Assembly: GCA_963675295.2 (NCBI GenBank)
Contig: CAXXKJ010000002.1
Span: 3,040,001-3,104,000, forward strand
Origin: a bacterium
Lineage (GTDB): Bacteria; Electryoneota; Electryoneia; Electryoneales; Electryoneaceae
Reading direction: 5' to 3'
Length of the DNA: 64,000 nucleotides
In this document: positions 30,633 to 41,469 of the stretch, in pieces
Layout: each line of letters opens with the position of its first letter
Numbering within the stretch: the first letter of the stretch is position 1
The notes under the pieces: generated by a model
What the model saw: the letters and a program-made list of their open reading frames with translations, nothing else
Database searches by the model: none
What the model was told of the DNA's origin: nothing
Made by a program: the position numbers and the translations under genes

Positions 30633-33600
30633 CTACCGGATCAGGACGAGTTTCCGCAGCTGTTGGACCCCGCCAGCCATCTCCGCCCGGACGAAATACA
30701 ACCCGCTCGCGAGCTGGGATGCATCGAACGTGAAGTCGTGCGTCCCGGCGGACAGCGACCCGTTCGCCAGCTCGGCGACCTGCTGCCCGGCGATGTTGTA
30801 CACCGTCACCTGCAGCTGGGACGTTTCCGGCACGTTCACGGTGATGGTCGTTGAAGCGTTGAAGGGGTTCGGGTAGACCGCGTTGATCACGAATTCACGC
30901 GGGAGTGACTTCTCAATGGCGCTGCCTGCTGTTTCAGCGAGGTCACTACCGTGAGTCGCGGCCGCGATCAGCGGTGCCGCGTTGGTGCTCCACTCCCCTG
31001 TTCCCCGCACGACTTCCCCGTTCCCGGCGGTAACCGTAAACGGGAACGAGCCGCTTCCGGCGGCGTGCTGCAGGTTCGGACCGGCGTTCAGGGTCCAGAG
31101 ATAGTCGCCGACCGGCGCGAATGCGGGCACATCCTGCTCGATGCCGTTCACGTTGATCTCCATCCCCGGTGTGAACAGGAACTGCACGCTGAATACCGGC
31201 CCGTACACGTTGCCGTTGGGCAGTGTCGCGGTGGTCCAGACATAGCCGAGCGACGGCTGCGTGGTGTTCACGGACAAGGCCAGATCGTACTCGAAGGAAC
31301 CGCCACGCGGCACGATGGTCGGCGTTGAGGCAGGAAACAGCTCGATCTGGATCGGATCATTGGCGTGCGATTCGGTCTGAGTCCAGACTGTCAGCTGGTT
31401 CGTGATCGATGCGGTCCCGGCGATATCGAGGCTGCCATCGCCGTTGAGGTCGGACGCATACGCCCAGCTCGCGCCTTCGTAGCACGTATCCAGCCGGTAC
31501 TGGGCCCAGGTGGACCCGTCGCCGTTCACGTTCGCCCACCACGTGATGTCGTCGGCGTAGACTGCGGACCCGTACAGGTCAAGGTCGCCGTCGTTGTCGA
31601 TGTCGGCCATGTTGATGCAGTTCGCGCCATCCAACACGGTGTCCACGAACCCGGCGGACCAGCTCGTGCCGGACCCGTCCGTATTCTCCCACCACATCAC
31701 CTGGTCGGCGAGGTTCAGGGTGCCGGCGACGTCGAGGTCTCCGTCGTTGTCGAGGTCACCCGCCACAACGCCGAACGCACCATTGATCCCGCTCGCGACG
31801 CCGTGCTCGGTCCAGTTCAGACCGGTTCCGGCAGTGTTTTCCCACCAGTTGATCTCATCGGCGAGGAAGGCGGCGGCGAGGACATCCACGTCGCCGTCAT
31901 TGTCCATATCGACGAGATCGACCGTGCGTGCGCCGGCGACATTCACGGCGACGCTGTGTTCTGCCCAGTTGCCACCCGTGCCGTTGACATTTTCCCACCA
32001 CGACACCAGTCCTGCGTCGTAGGCAACTCCTGCGATATCCAGATCACCGTCGCCATCGATGTCCGCGACCTCGACGCTCGATGCGCCGTTGAAAGAGCCA
32101 TCCACCACTCGTTCGATCCAGCCGGTTCCGCTGCCGGTCATGTTCAGCCAGCAGACAACCTGGTCGCCAGTAGCTGCTGCCGCGATGACGTCCATGTCGC
32201 CATCGTTGTCGATGTCAGCGGCGGTCACGGATTGTGGACCGTCAATCGAGGTATTCACTGGGTGAGCGGACCAGTTCGTACCGTCGCCGTCCACGTTTTC
32301 CCACCAGGTGACCTCGTCCCCGAGATTCGCGCAGGCTAGCAGGTCGTTGTCGCCATCGCCGTCAATGTCGGCAGCATAGACGCAGGACGCGCGGCTGAAC
32401 GATTGCGAGATAGGATGCGACTCCCACTCCATCGGCTGTTCGGGTACGAAATCCGGTTCAATGCCGCGCAGCACGAACTCTTCGAGTGGATCGTCGCTGC
32501 CGGGGATGGCGTCGAGGGCGTACCACGTGCTCCACGGTCCGCCGAACCCGTAATTGATGTGGATCTGGTTGATCGTGTTGCTGATCCGCCAGCCGTCGGT
32601 GACAATCGCATGGCCGGTGATGTAATGCCACATCGGGCGTTCGAGGTCGATTTCGTCGCACAGCATCGTGAACCAATCTTGCGGGTTCTCAAAATCGATC
32701 CGGTACTCGAAATCCATCCCGTCTTTGTAATGGAAGAATTCACGGAAGGCAGAGCGGATGAACTCGATATTGTCAACGGGGACGCCGGACCCGTCGAGGC
32801 CATAATTCATTTCGAACGAGACGCCGGTCTCATAACACAGTTCGGCGACAGCGGTGATTTCTTCGACGGTGTGTTGCCACGGCTGGCCGTAGGTCGGGAG
32901 GATATTGTCCCAGTCGTACGGATCGCTGAAGTCGGCGCTGAGGGTCTGGTTTTCCCACTGGTAGCTGTGCGACCCCTCGCCCGCCTGCGGCCATTGCCAG
33001 TAGTGCATGATCTGCGCCGCAGCTGTCGCCGCGCAACCGACCCACGCGTATTCACGGTCAATCACCGGGCAGAAGATGTTGTACGGCGGCCCCTGATGCC
33101 ACAGGCAGTCCAGCAGCACCTGGCCAGGAGTGTAGTCGTCCAGTTGATTCTCACCGAGGGACGCGAAGAATGCTGTCGAGGACGGTTCGGTGAAAACGTC
33201 CCACAAGCGGCCGTAACGATCCAGCTCGTCCACGTCGATGCCGTCACGCGCCATCGCAGCACGATCCAGATACTGCCCGATTACCTCCGCTTTTTGCCGC
33301 AGGATGGTTTCCAGCAGCGCGCCGGGGGATTCCGGTTGATCGAAGCTGAGCCGCCCGTGTTCGGCGTACGCTTTCACCGGCGGCAGCTCACGGAGCGCCG
33401 GGATCAAAAGGTAGCCGTCCGGATCGATCTCGACGTAATAACCGATGATGTCGCCGTCCATCTCGAGTGTTCGTTCGAGTCGCACATTCGCATTCGCACC
33501 CGATTCCCAATCGCCCGTCGACACCATGAACGCGACATGGTTCCGTGCGACCTGGAGGGCTTGTTCGGGGGTGATAGTCCCGGCGAAACTCGAGCTGAAC

Positions 33601-33644
33601 ATGAGGACCAGCAGCGAAACGGTCAGGATCAGGATACGGCGCAT
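30633..33644 (-). CDS. Secreted C10 (streptopain/SpeB-family) cysteine peptidase with prodomain, FG-GAP repeats, pre-CTD domain and CTD
   Basis: WHQGPPYN, catalytic VGCAATAAAQIMHYW, GHAIVTDG, HINYG; prodomain GYLLIP..PPVKAY; start trimmed to 33644. Confidence 0.88.
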   Translation of the reverse strand: MRRILILTVSLLVLMFSSSFAGTITPEQALQVARNHVAFMVSTGDWESGANANVRLERTLEMDGDIIGYYVEIDPDGYLLIPALRELPPVKAYAEHGRLSFDQPESPGALLETILRQKAEVIGQYLDRAAMARDGIDVDELDRYGRLWDVFTEPSSTAFFASLGENQLDDYTPGQVLLDCLWHQGPPYNIFCPVIDREYAWVGCAATAAAQIMHYWQWPQAGEGSHSYQWENQTLSADFSDPYDWDNILPTYGQPWQHTVEEITAVAELCYETGVSFEMNYGLDGSGVPVDNIEFIRSAFREFFHYKDGMDFEYRIDFENPQDWFTMLCDEIDLERPMWHYITGHAIVTDGWRISNTINQIHINYGFGGPWSTWYALDAIPGSDDPLEEFVLRGIEPDFVPEQPMEWESHPISQSFSRASCVYAADIDGDGDNDLLACANLGDEVTWWENVDGDGTNWSAHPVNTSIDGPQSVTAADIDNDGDMDVIAAAATGDQVVCWLNMTGSGTGWIERVVDGSFNGASSVEVADIDGDGDLDIAGVAYDAGLVSWWENVNGTGGNWAEHSVAVNVAGARTVDLVDMDNDGDVDVLAAAFLADEINWWENTAGTGLNWTEHGVASGINGAFGVVAGDLDNDGDLDVAGTLNLADQVMWWENTDGSGTSWSAGFVDTVLDGANCINMADIDNDGDLDLYGSAVYADDITWWANVNGDGSTWAQYRLDTCYEGASWAYASDLNGDGSLDIAGTASITNQLTVWTQTESHANDPIQIELFPASTPTIVPRGGSFEYDLALSVNTTQPSLGYVWTTATLPNGNVYGPVFSVQFLFTPGMEINVNGIEQDVPAFAPVGDYLWTLNAGPNLQHAAGSGSFPFTVTAGNGEVVRGTGEWSTNAAPLIAAATHGSDLAETAGSAIEKSLPREFVINAVYPNPFNASTTITVNVPETSQLQVTVYNIAGQQVAELANGSLSAGTHDFTFDASQLASGLYFVRAEMAGGVQQLRKLVLIR

Positions 33645-33785
33645 GGTGATGCTCCCGGACAACAAGTCGACGTGATCGTGTAGCGTGGAATATAGGTGTT
33701 GCGGCGGTTAAGGCGAAGCGATCTGCAGGATTCGGGAAAGTTTTTTCGCATCGGCACGGATGAGGAGTGATGGTCTGGAGACGAA

Positions 33786-34045
33786 AGGGACAGCCACGCA
33801 AACGTGTGACTGTCCCTGTTGTGGTGCACAATGTGTGTCGTCCTGAACGAAGTGAAGGATCTTGGCTCCAAATGATCAGCGCGTGAATAGCACGTCATTC
33901 TGAATAAAGTGAAGAAGATCGGGCTTATTTGTCCGTTATCGAGGCTGGATCTTCTTCATTTCACTTCGTTCCATTCAGAATGACACCCTCACACCTTCCA
34001 TCTTTTACCGCTAACCGACTACCGATTACCGATTACCGGCTACCG
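33786..34045. repeat. Composite intergenic repeat region
   Basis: AGGGACAG...CTGTCCCT 33786-33817; GTCRTYCTGAA..GTGAAG..GATC units 33837-33862 and 33894-33920 with an inverted partner 33948-33984; six NNNACCG heptamers 34004-34045. Confidence 0.75.
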
Positions 34046-34047
34046 TC

Positions 34048-37029
34048 CTACCTCACCAGCATCAGTTTGCGGACCTGGTTCAGCTCGCCTGGGACGGTCC
34101 CGTGGACGAAGTACAGTCCGCTGGCGAACCGGGACGCATCCCAGCTGAACTCATGCGTGCCCGCATCGAGTTGCCCATGCACCAACTCCCCCACCTGCTG
34201 CCCGGCAATGTTATAGACCGTCAGGCTCAGCTCAGCAGTTTCGGGCAGGGCGACGGTGATCGTCGTCGCCGCGTTGAACGGGTTCGGGTAGGCCGCGCTG
34301 AGTGCGTACTCATGGGGCAGGGTTTCGTCCGTGGCAACACGTGTTTCGTCACCTTGAGCCGCCGCGGTGATCAACGTCGCGCCGTTGGTCATCCAGTCAC
34401 TGGCTCCCACGGCATCGGTGGCACCGGCAACCACGGTAAACGGGAAGTTATCCGACGCGACCACGTTCTGCAGGTTCGGACCGGCGTTCAGGTGCCACAT
34501 GTAGTCGCCGAGTGGCGCGAAGGCCGGGATCTGCTGCTGGATGCCGTCCACCGCGATGTTCATCCCGGGCGCGAAAAGGAATTGTACGCTGAACACGGGG
34601 CCATACGACTGCCCGTTCGGCAGGGTTGCGGTGGTCCAGACATACCCAAGCGCGGGCGTGGTGGTGTTGACCGTCATCAGGAGATCGTAACTGAACATGC
34701 CGCCGCGAGGTACCTCGAGGTTGTAGCTGGACGGTGTCAGGTCGATCTCAATTGGCGCCGGCCCGTTCGGCGAACCGGATTGCAGCCACACGGTGATCAT
34801 GTCACCATCAAATGCCGCCGCCAACAGGTCGAGGTCGCCGTCGGCGTCGAGATCGGCGACATGCGTGCATTGAGGGCCATCGTAGAATGCTTCGATCCGG
34901 TGCCGCACCCATTCGATACCGACCACTCCCGGCTGGTTTTCCCACCAGGTGACATCGTCCGCCAGCAGCGCCGTGCCCGCGAGGTCGAGGTCGCCGTCAC
35001 CATCCATGTCCGCGGCGAGCACGCTGCTTGCGCCGTCGAAATTGTCATCGACTGTTTGCGCGGTCCAGGATGTGCCGGTTCCGTCCTCATTGGACCACCA
35101 GCGAATCCGGTCATCGCCGAATAACGCCGCGACAATGTCGTTGTCACCGTCCCCGTCGATGTCATCGGCATAGACCGCGTACGCTTCATCCGCGCCGGTT
35201 TCGACCGTTTGCCGGGTCCACGTGAAGCCGGTCCCGTCGATGTTATTCCACCACGTGATCTCGTTTTCTCCGAACGAAGCGGTGACCATGTCCAGATCGC
35301 CGTCACCGTCCATATCGGCGGCGAACGCCCCCCGCGGCGAGCCGTAGGACTCGGCAACCGTGTGGCGGTCCCAGGTCAGGCCGTTGCCGTTCTCGTTCTC
35401 CCACCAGACGACCTCGTGATCGTTGAACGCTGTGGCGTAGACATCAACGTCGCCGTCGTTGTCCATGTCCTGCGTACGGACAAAGATCGCGCCGAAGAAA
35501 TCCGATGAAATGGTATGTTCCGTCCAGCCGCCGCCGGTGCCATCATTCTCCCACCAGGTCACGTCATTGGCCACGAATGCAGCCCCGAGGACGTCCATGT
35601 CGCCGTCACCGTCGATATCAGCAGCGCAGACATCACGAGCGCCATTGAATGATGCAGTGACTGTATGCTGCTCCCAGGCTGTCGCGTCCCCATCGAGATT
35701 CTCAAACAACAGGACATTATCCTCGATGTAGCTGGAGGTGAGGATATCGCCGTCGCCGTCGCCGTCGAGATCCGCGCTCCACACACCCGACGCAGCGGTA
35801 TAATCCTCGATCAACGTTTGCGGTGCGTCCCACAGGACCGGTTCTTCGCCTTCGATTAACGGGTAGATCTCGCGGATGGCGTATTGCTCGTTGGGATCAG
35901 CGCTGCCGGGAATATCATCCAGCGTGAACCACGCGTTGTTTGACCCGCCCCAGCCATAGTTGAAGTGGATAAAGCTCATGGTGATTTCCATCCGCCAACC
36001 GTCGCTGACAATCGCGTGTCCCTCGATGCGGTAGATCAGCGGGCGTTCGTGGTTCATTTCCTCCTGCAGCATCAGGAACCAGTCATTGGTGTCGGGGTAG
36101 TCGGATCGATACTGCACATTCGCCGCATCGTCATAACGGAAGTATTGAGGTAACACGGTTGCCGCGTAGTAGGTCTGGGTGCCAGACCCGTTGATGCCGT
36201 AAAACATGTTGAAGGCCACACCAACCTCATAGCACAGTTCCGCAACGGCGTTGCTCTGTTCGGAGGTGTGTGTCCCGTTGTAGTTGTCGAGGATATTCGG
36301 CCAGTCATACGGATCGCTGAAGTCGGCGTACAGCGTGATGTTGTTCCATAGATAGCTGTGTTCCCCTTCCCCGTATGGCGGCCACTCCCAGTAGTTCATC
36401 ACCTGCGCGGTCGCGGTCGCGACGCACCCGACGAGGCAGTTCTGGTTGTTGATCACCGGGCAGTAGTTGTAATACGGCGCGGACTGGTGCCACGCCGAGG
36501 TCAGCATCGCGGTGCCGGGGGTGTAGTCGTCCAGCTGGTTCTGGTCAAGTTCGAGAAGGAAGGTTTGTGTGTCCGGCGTGGTGAACACATCCCACAGGTC
36601 GCCATTGTGCGCGACTTCGGCGATGTCGATGCCATCCGCCGCCATGTCGTCCAGAGAGCTGTAACGGGCGAGCGTTTCAGCCTTGCCGGCGAGGACAGCG
36701 TGCAACAACGCGCCGAAACTCTCCGGGTGGTCGAAGCTGATACGGCCTTCTTCAGCGTAGGCTTTCACTGGCGGCAGTTCACGAAAAGCCGGGACCAGCA
36801 GGTAGCCATCCGGGTCAACCTCGAAGTAATACCCGATCACCTCATCGTTCTCGATCAGGGTGCGTTTCAGGGTGACGGTTGCAGCTGACGCTCCGTGCCA
36901 TGCATTGATCGACGCCTTGAACGCGAGGAAACTCTCCGCGGCACGGGTGGCTTGTTGTTGATCGATGTTCCCCGCAAAGGCGGATACCGTAAGAAGACAG
37001 ATCCCCAGAATGACAAGAGCGGTGCGCAT
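34048..37029 (-). CDS. Secreted C10 cysteine peptidase paralog with prodomain, FG-GAP repeats, pre-CTD domain and CTD
   Basis: [39 protein letters not shown]; start trimmed to 37029 ([20 protein letters not shown]). Confidence 0.9.
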   Translation of the reverse strand: MRTALVILGICLLTVSAFAGNIDQQQATRAAESFLAFKASINAWHGASAATVTLKRTLIENDEVIGYYFEVDPDGYLLVPAFRELPPVKAYAEEGRISFDHPESFGALLHAVLAGKAETLARYSSLDDMAADGIDIAEVAHNGDLWDVFTTPDTQTFLLELDQNQLDDYTPGTAMLTSAWHQSAPYYNYCPVINNQNCLVGCVATATAQVMNYWEWPPYGEGEHSYLWNNITLYADFSDPYDWPNILDNYNGTHTSEQSNAVAELCYEVGVAFNMFYGINGSGTQTYYAATVLPQYFRYDDAANVQYRSDYPDTNDWFLMLQEEMNHERPLIYRIEGHAIVSDGWRMEITMSFIHFNYGWGGSNNAWFTLDDIPGSADPNEQYAIREIYPLIEGEEPVLWDAPQTLIEDYTAASGVWSADLDGDGDGDILTSSYIEDNVLLFENLDGDATAWEQHTVTASFNGARDVCAADIDGDGDMDVLGAAFVANDVTWWENDGTGGGWTEHTISSDFFGAIFVRTQDMDNDGDVDVYATAFNDHEVVWWENENGNGLTWDRHTVAESYGSPRGAFAADMDGDGDLDMVTASFGENEITWWNNIDGTGFTWTRQTVETGADEAYAVYADDIDGDGDNDIVAALFGDDRIRWWSNEDGTGTSWTAQTVDDNFDGASSVLAADMDGDGDLDLAGTALLADDVTWWENQPGVVGIEWVRHRIEAFYDGPQCTHVADLDADGDLDLLAAAFDGDMITVWLQSGSPNGPAPIEIDLTPSSYNLEVPRGGMFSYDLLMTVNTTTPALGYVWTTATLPNGQSYGPVFSVQFLFAPGMNIAVDGIQQQIPAFAPLGDYMWHLNAGPNLQNVVASDNFPFTVVAGATDAVGASDWMTNGATLITAAAQGDETRVATDETLPHEYALSAAYPNPFNAATTITVALPETAELSLTVYNIAGQQVGELVHGQLDAGTHEFSWDASRFASGLYFVHGTVPGELNQVRKLMLVR

Positions 37030-37306
37030 GATTCTCCCCCTTTTCCGCATGGTCCGTTGCATGACCGATATGATAGGTGCGGGGAAATCTGGGTCCAAGA
37101 GATGTGCTGATGTTTGTGACAAAAAGTGCCCGTTCAAAAAGCCCTCCAGAGACCGTGTTGACCCCTTGCGTAATTTTTCACTAAACTTGCCTTCCCGCCG
37201 CAAGAGGTGCGACGAGTTCAAGTCTCCCCTTGCGGCGGATTCTCTATTTTATGCACGTTTGTCGCAGAGAAATTGGCCGAAATGGCTGAACAACAGCGGA
37301 TTTAGC

Positions 37307-38866
37307 ATGGCGAGCATCGAAGACAAACTCAAAGAATTGCAAACGCTTCGTGAACAGGCCCGGATGGGTGGCGGTGAAAAACGGATCGAGGCGCAACACG
37401 GTAAAGGCAAGTACACGGCGCGTGAACGCATCGAGCGCCTCCTCGACGAAGGCTCGTTCGAGGAGTTCGATATGTTTGTCACGCACCGTCAAAGCGAATT
37501 CGGGCTGGAAAAGCAGCAGTACCTGAGCGACGGTGTCGTCACCGGGCATGGCACGATCAACGGCCGGCAGGTGCTGGTCTTCTCGCAGGACTTCACCGTT
37601 CTCGGCGGGTCGCTGGGCGAAATGTTCGCGAAGAAGATCGTCAAGATCATGGACTACGCGGTCAAGGTTGGCGCGCCGGTGATCGGGCTCAACGATTCCG
37701 GCGGCGCGCGTATCCAGGAAGGCGTATTGTCGCTGGGCGGCTACGCCGACATCTTCCTCAAGAACGTGATGGCGTCCGGCGTCGTCCCGCAGATCAGCGC
37801 GATCCTCGGTCCGTGTGCCGGCGGCGCGGTCTACTCCCCCGCTCTGACCGACTTCACGATCATGGCCAAGGGCATCAGCTACATGTTCGTCACCGGCCCA
37901 AAGGTGGTGAAGACAGTGACGCACGAAGACGTCACAGTCGAGGAGCTCGGCGGCGCACAAGTGCACGCGACCAAGTCCGGTGTGACGCACTTCGTCGCGG
38001 AGGATGAGGACGATACCTTCGACCTGATCCGCAAGCTGCTCACCTTCCTGCCGCAGAACAACATGGAAGAAACGCCGATCGTGTCGTGTTCCGATCCGAT
38101 CGACCGTCTCGAGGACGACCTCAACTACATTGTCCCGACCGATCCGAACATCCCGTACGACATGCGCAATGTGATCGAGCTGGTCGTCGATGATGGCGAC
38201 TTCCTCGAGGTCCGACGTCAATGGGCGCCGAATCTGATCACCGGTTTCGGGCGCTTTAACGGGCGCGCGGTGGGCCTTGTCGCCAACCAGCCGAGTGTGC
38301 TGGCGGGCGTGTTGGACAATAAGTCGAGCCGCAAGGGCGGCGCGTTTGTCCGCTTCTGCAACGCGTTCAACCTGCCGGTGGTGACCTTGGTGGACGTACC
38401 CGGCTTCATGCCCGGCACGGTTCAGGAATACGAGGGCATCATCCTCAACGGCGCGAAGCTGCTGTATGCGTACAGTGAATGCACGGTGCCGAAGGTGACC
38501 GTGATTACGCGCAAAGCCTACGGCGGCGCGTACGACGTCATGAGCTCGAAGCACTTGCGCGGCGACCTCAATTACGCATGGCCGACGGCGGAAATCGCGG
38601 TGATGGGTCCGCAGGGCGCTGTGGAAGTGCTGTACAGCAAGGAACTGCGCGAACTGGAAGGCGAAGCGAAGACGAAATTCATCAAGGAAAAGGAAGATGA
38701 ATATCGCAACAAGTTCGCCAATCCGTACAACGCGGCCAGGAACGGCTACATCGACGATGTGATCGAACCACGCAACACCCGGTTCCGTATCATTCGCGGC
38801 CTCGAATCACTGGCTGGTAAACGCGATTCCAACCCGCCGAAGAAAATCGGGCTGGTTCCGCTCTAG
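37307..38866 (+). CDS. mmdA: Acyl-CoA carboxyltransferase, probable methylmalonyl-CoA decarboxylase alpha subunit
   Basis: [56 protein letters not shown]; clustered with gamma, biotin carrier and beta subunits. Confidence 0.88.
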   Translation: MASIEDKLKELQTLREQARMGGGEKRIEAQHGKGKYTARERIERLLDEGSFEEFDMFVTHRQSEFGLEKQQYLSDGVVTGHGTINGRQVLVFSQDFTVLGGSLGEMFAKKIVKIMDYAVKVGAPVIGLNDSGGARIQEGVLSLGGYADIFLKNVMASGVVPQISAILGPCAGGAVYSPALTDFTIMAKGISYMFVTGPKVVKTVTHEDVTVEELGGAQVHATKSGVTHFVAEDEDDTFDLIRKLLTFLPQNNMEETPIVSCSDPIDRLEDDLNYIVPTDPNIPYDMRNVIELVVDDGDFLEVRRQWAPNLITGFGRFNGRAVGLVANQPSVLAGVLDNKSSRKGGAFVRFCNAFNLPVVTLVDVPGFMPGTVQEYEGIILNGAKLLYAYSECTVPKVTVITRKAYGGAYDVMSSKHLRGDLNYAWPTAEIAVMGPQGAVEVLYSKELRELEGEAKTKFIKEKEDEYRNKFANPYNAARNGYIDDVIEPRNTRFRIIRGLESLAGKRDSNPPKKIGLVPL

Positions 38867-38965
38867 GGTGTGAGGTGTGAGGTGTGAGGATGTCATCCTG
38901 AACGCAGTGAAGGATCTCGTCCTTACCGTCACTCAGGACTCAAGACTCAGGACTCAAGACTCATG
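38864..38965. repeat. Heptamer-bounded cassette filling the whole mmdA-mmdD spacer
   Basis: TAGGGTG (stop) TGAGGTG TGAGGTG TGAGG; core GTCATCCTGAACGCAGTGAAGGATCT 38892-38917; CTCA at 38932/39/46/53/60, the last overlapping ATG. Confidence 0.85.
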
Positions 38966-39427
38966 TACGGTTTTGCAGGCATAGAAGCGGGCAACGGGTT
39001 GACGTTGATGCTCGCCGGCATGGCGGTCGTCTTCGTTGCGCTCATTGTCCTCCTCTTCCTGATGAAGTTTCTCAAGAAGGGGTTGGACGCCCAACGTGCG
39101 GCGGTGAACCGGCGCCAGAAAGCGCGCGAGGCGAAGCTGGCTGTGGCGCGTGGCGACACGGTTGACGAACCCGGCATCCGTGCGATCGAAGGCCCGGAAG
39201 GACATGATATCAGCGGTGTCGAAATCGCCGCGATCGCGATGACGTTGCTGTTCGAATCGGAGCAGGTTCACGACAACGAGTCGATGGTGTTGACGTTGCA
39301 TGGGTTGCCGAAACCCTACAGCAACTGGTGGCAGGGTCGCATCGATCCGGCCTGGCGGGCAGCGGTGACACGTGGCCGTCCGGCAACATTGCAGACCTCC
39401 GACCCGGAACGCGGACCGAGGGTGTAA
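38963..39427 (+). CDS. OadG/MmdD-family membrane-anchored decarboxylase subunit
   Basis: N-terminal TM helix GMAVVFVALIVL, EIAAIAM segment, operon position. Confidence 0.8.
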   Translation: MYGFAGIEAGNGLTLMLAGMAVVFVALIVLLFLMKFLKKGLDAQRAAVNRRQKAREAKLAVARGDTVDEPGIRAIEGPEGHDISGVEIAAIAMTLLFESEQVHDNESMVLTLHGLPKPYSNWWQGRIDPAWRAAVTRGRPATLQTSDPERGPRV

Positions 39428-39439
39428 GAAACAACTGCA

Positions 39440-39535
39440 GTCCACGAAAGACACGAAAGTAAGCGAAAGCAGGTTAAAAGGAGTTCAGAGAAGTATCAAG
39501 CAGTACTTTCGTCCGTTTTCGCGACTTTCGTGGAC
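39440..39535. repeat. Long imperfect inverted repeat (CGAAA x3 ... TTTCG x3)
   Basis: GTCCACGAAAGACACGAAAGTAAGCGAAAG ... CTTTCGTCCGTTTTCGCGACTTTCGTGGAC. Confidence 0.7.
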
Positions 39536-39556
39536 AGTTCATACGTAGAGAGCAAG

Positions 39557-40000
39557 ATGAACACGTACAAGTTCAAGATTTACGGCCATGAGTTCGAAAC
39601 GCGCGTCATTCGTCGTGATGAGGATGAGGTCGTGATTTCCGTGAACGGTCAGGAATACAAGGCGTACCTCGAGCCGACGAAGCGCTCGATGCGGGCGAAG
39701 CCGACGCCGAAGATCTCCCGTCCTGCGGCGGTCCCGTCGGAAGGGTTGAAGAAAACCGCTCCGCCGACCGAAGCCAAGGGTGCCGGTGCTGTCAAGGCAC
39801 CGTTGCCGGGCCTGATCCTCAAGGTGCTGGTCAAGGAAGGCGATACGGTCAAATCCGGCGATCCGCTCTGCATCATGGAAGCGATGAAGATGGAAAACAC
39901 TGTCGCCGCGCCGATGGGCGGAACGGTCGCCAAGGTGTCCGTTTCCGAAGGCCAGTCGGTGCTGGAAGGCGGAGAGTTGGTCCTGATCAACCCGGCATGA
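39557..40000 (+). CDS. Biotin carboxyl carrier subunit (MmdC-type)
   Basis: APLPG, EAMKMEN biotinylation motif, Pro/Ala linker; start trimmed to MNTYKF. Confidence 0.92.
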   Translation: MNTYKFKIYGHEFETRVIRRDEDEVVISVNGQEYKAYLEPTKRSMRAKPTPKISRPAAVPSEGLKKTAPPTEAKGAGAVKAPLPGLILKVLVKEGDTVKSGDPLCIMEAMKMENTVAAPMGGTVAKVSVSEGQSVLEGGELVLINPA

Positions 40001-40136
40001 TCTGAATTTCGCCGCCGTTTCGGAGGCCGCTTTTTTCAAGTGGCAAGTCTAACTATTTGCTTTTCTGAATTATGTACAGCTAGTTATACCTATAGACAAC
40101 AGTTTGCTCGTATTGACCAAACGGGGGATTGGTATC

Positions 40137-41402
40137 ATGACGAAGCGTACACCACTGGTTCTAAGCGCGCTCATGTTTATGCTGCTCGCGCTGCTGCTCG
40201 TGACTGGCTGTGAAGACGAGAAGAACGGTGTATCACCGGATGAAACGTACGACGGCGAAGGGTTCCCGGTAGCCATCATCACGGAAACTCCTGATGGTAA
40301 CAGTGCATCGGATGTCGTCGCCGCGTTTCGTGCCGCTGGCGAGACAACTAATCAGGACATACCGCGGGAGTTCATTCCAGAGGTATACGATGTTCTGTAC
40401 ACGCGGAACAATCCAGATGCGGCGCGATCCTTCCTGAACTCAATGCGCGACGAGGAAAACCGTCCTTTGGTTGTCGTGGGGCCGACAACAGACGAAGAGC
40501 TGGTGCGTTGTCTCGACTATTGCAATGATGATCCCCTGCTCTTTCTAAGTCCAAATGGGGTTGCAACAAACCATGAGTTTGAAGACGAGTATTTGCTAAG
40601 CTTCGGTGTCGATCTGCTGCACATCGTGAACGCTTACGTTAGTCAAACACTCGTTGATCGTTCGATCCTGGAGTATGGATGCCAGTTAGCGTTGTTGGTT
40701 CCAGAATCAGATCGAAAAAAAGACCGGCTGGAATCAATCGCAAGCGAATACAGCAACAGTTTTGGCAGTTGGTATATCCAGGAAACAACTTTGTTTACGT
40801 ATAGTCCGGAATCCATTGACGTCACGTTACAACAGATCAAAGACCAGTATCCATTGGACATGATGGACCCCGATTATTTGTACATCTATTTCGTGGGAAC
40901 TGGCGACAATGCCGAAGAGCTTCGGAAAACGATGGAGTGGGCAGCGAATACGAGCGATAAGATTCGTTGCATGGCGTCGCCGGAATTTGCTCACAATGAG
41001 ACGTTACTCAGGGACGCTGCCTTTGTCCGAGTCGCGCAAGCGAGGGAATTCTTCTGTTTGCAGCCATCTGTGAACATGTACGGTGGCACAGGCGACTATT
41101 ACAACCGATTGGAAGCGAGACTTCATCGTTCCGCGGACTTCACGGCGCATATCAGCCATGATATTCATCGTTTGTTGATGGAAGCGTTGCAGTCCGTTGA
41201 ACCTGCAGAAACACAAGCGGGGTACATCGAGCGGTTACGCAATCGTATCATTGAGCTTGGTGCAACCCGTAACGGGATATCCGGTCCACTCGAATTTGAT
41301 GATCATGGTGACCGGTATAGAGTCAACTTTGACGTTTTACGGATCCACAACGGCCAGTGGAAAACTGATGGCACGATCACGGGCCATAACCTGCGCAAAT
41401 AG
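40137..41402 (+). CDS. Lipoprotein with type I periplasmic-binding-protein (LivK-like) fold
   Basis: Lipobox LVTG-C; VVVGP, LFLSP, C-terminal GISGPLEFDDHGDR. Confidence 0.65.
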   Translation: MTKRTPLVLSALMFMLLALLLVTGCEDEKNGVSPDETYDGEGFPVAIITETPDGNSASDVVAAFRAAGETTNQDIPREFIPEVYDVLYTRNNPDAARSFLNSMRDEENRPLVVVGPTTDEELVRCLDYCNDDPLLFLSPNGVATNHEFEDEYLLSFGVDLLHIVNAYVSQTLVDRSILEYGCQLALLVPESDRKKDRLESIASEYSNSFGSWYIQETTLFTYSPESIDVTLQQIKDQYPLDMMDPDYLYIYFVGTGDNAEELRKTMEWAANTSDKIRCMASPEFAHNETLLRDAAFVRVAQAREFFCLQPSVNMYGGTGDYYNRLEARLHRSADFTAHISHDIHRLLMEALQSVEPAETQAGYIERLRNRIIELGATRNGISGPLEFDDHGDRYRVNFDVLRIHNGQWKTDGTITGHNLRK

Positions 41403-41469
41403 GCCGAAAGAGTTAACGATCGATTTAACCGTGAACACCGGACGATCGGTGTGAACCAGGACAGCAGAC

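Noticed and set aside
37307-38866. Propionyl-CoA carboxylase beta chain (pccB)
   Set aside because: Same family, but the adjacent OadG-like, biotin carrier and Na+-pump beta genes, with no biotin carboxylase, favour a decarboxylase; the substrate remains inferred.
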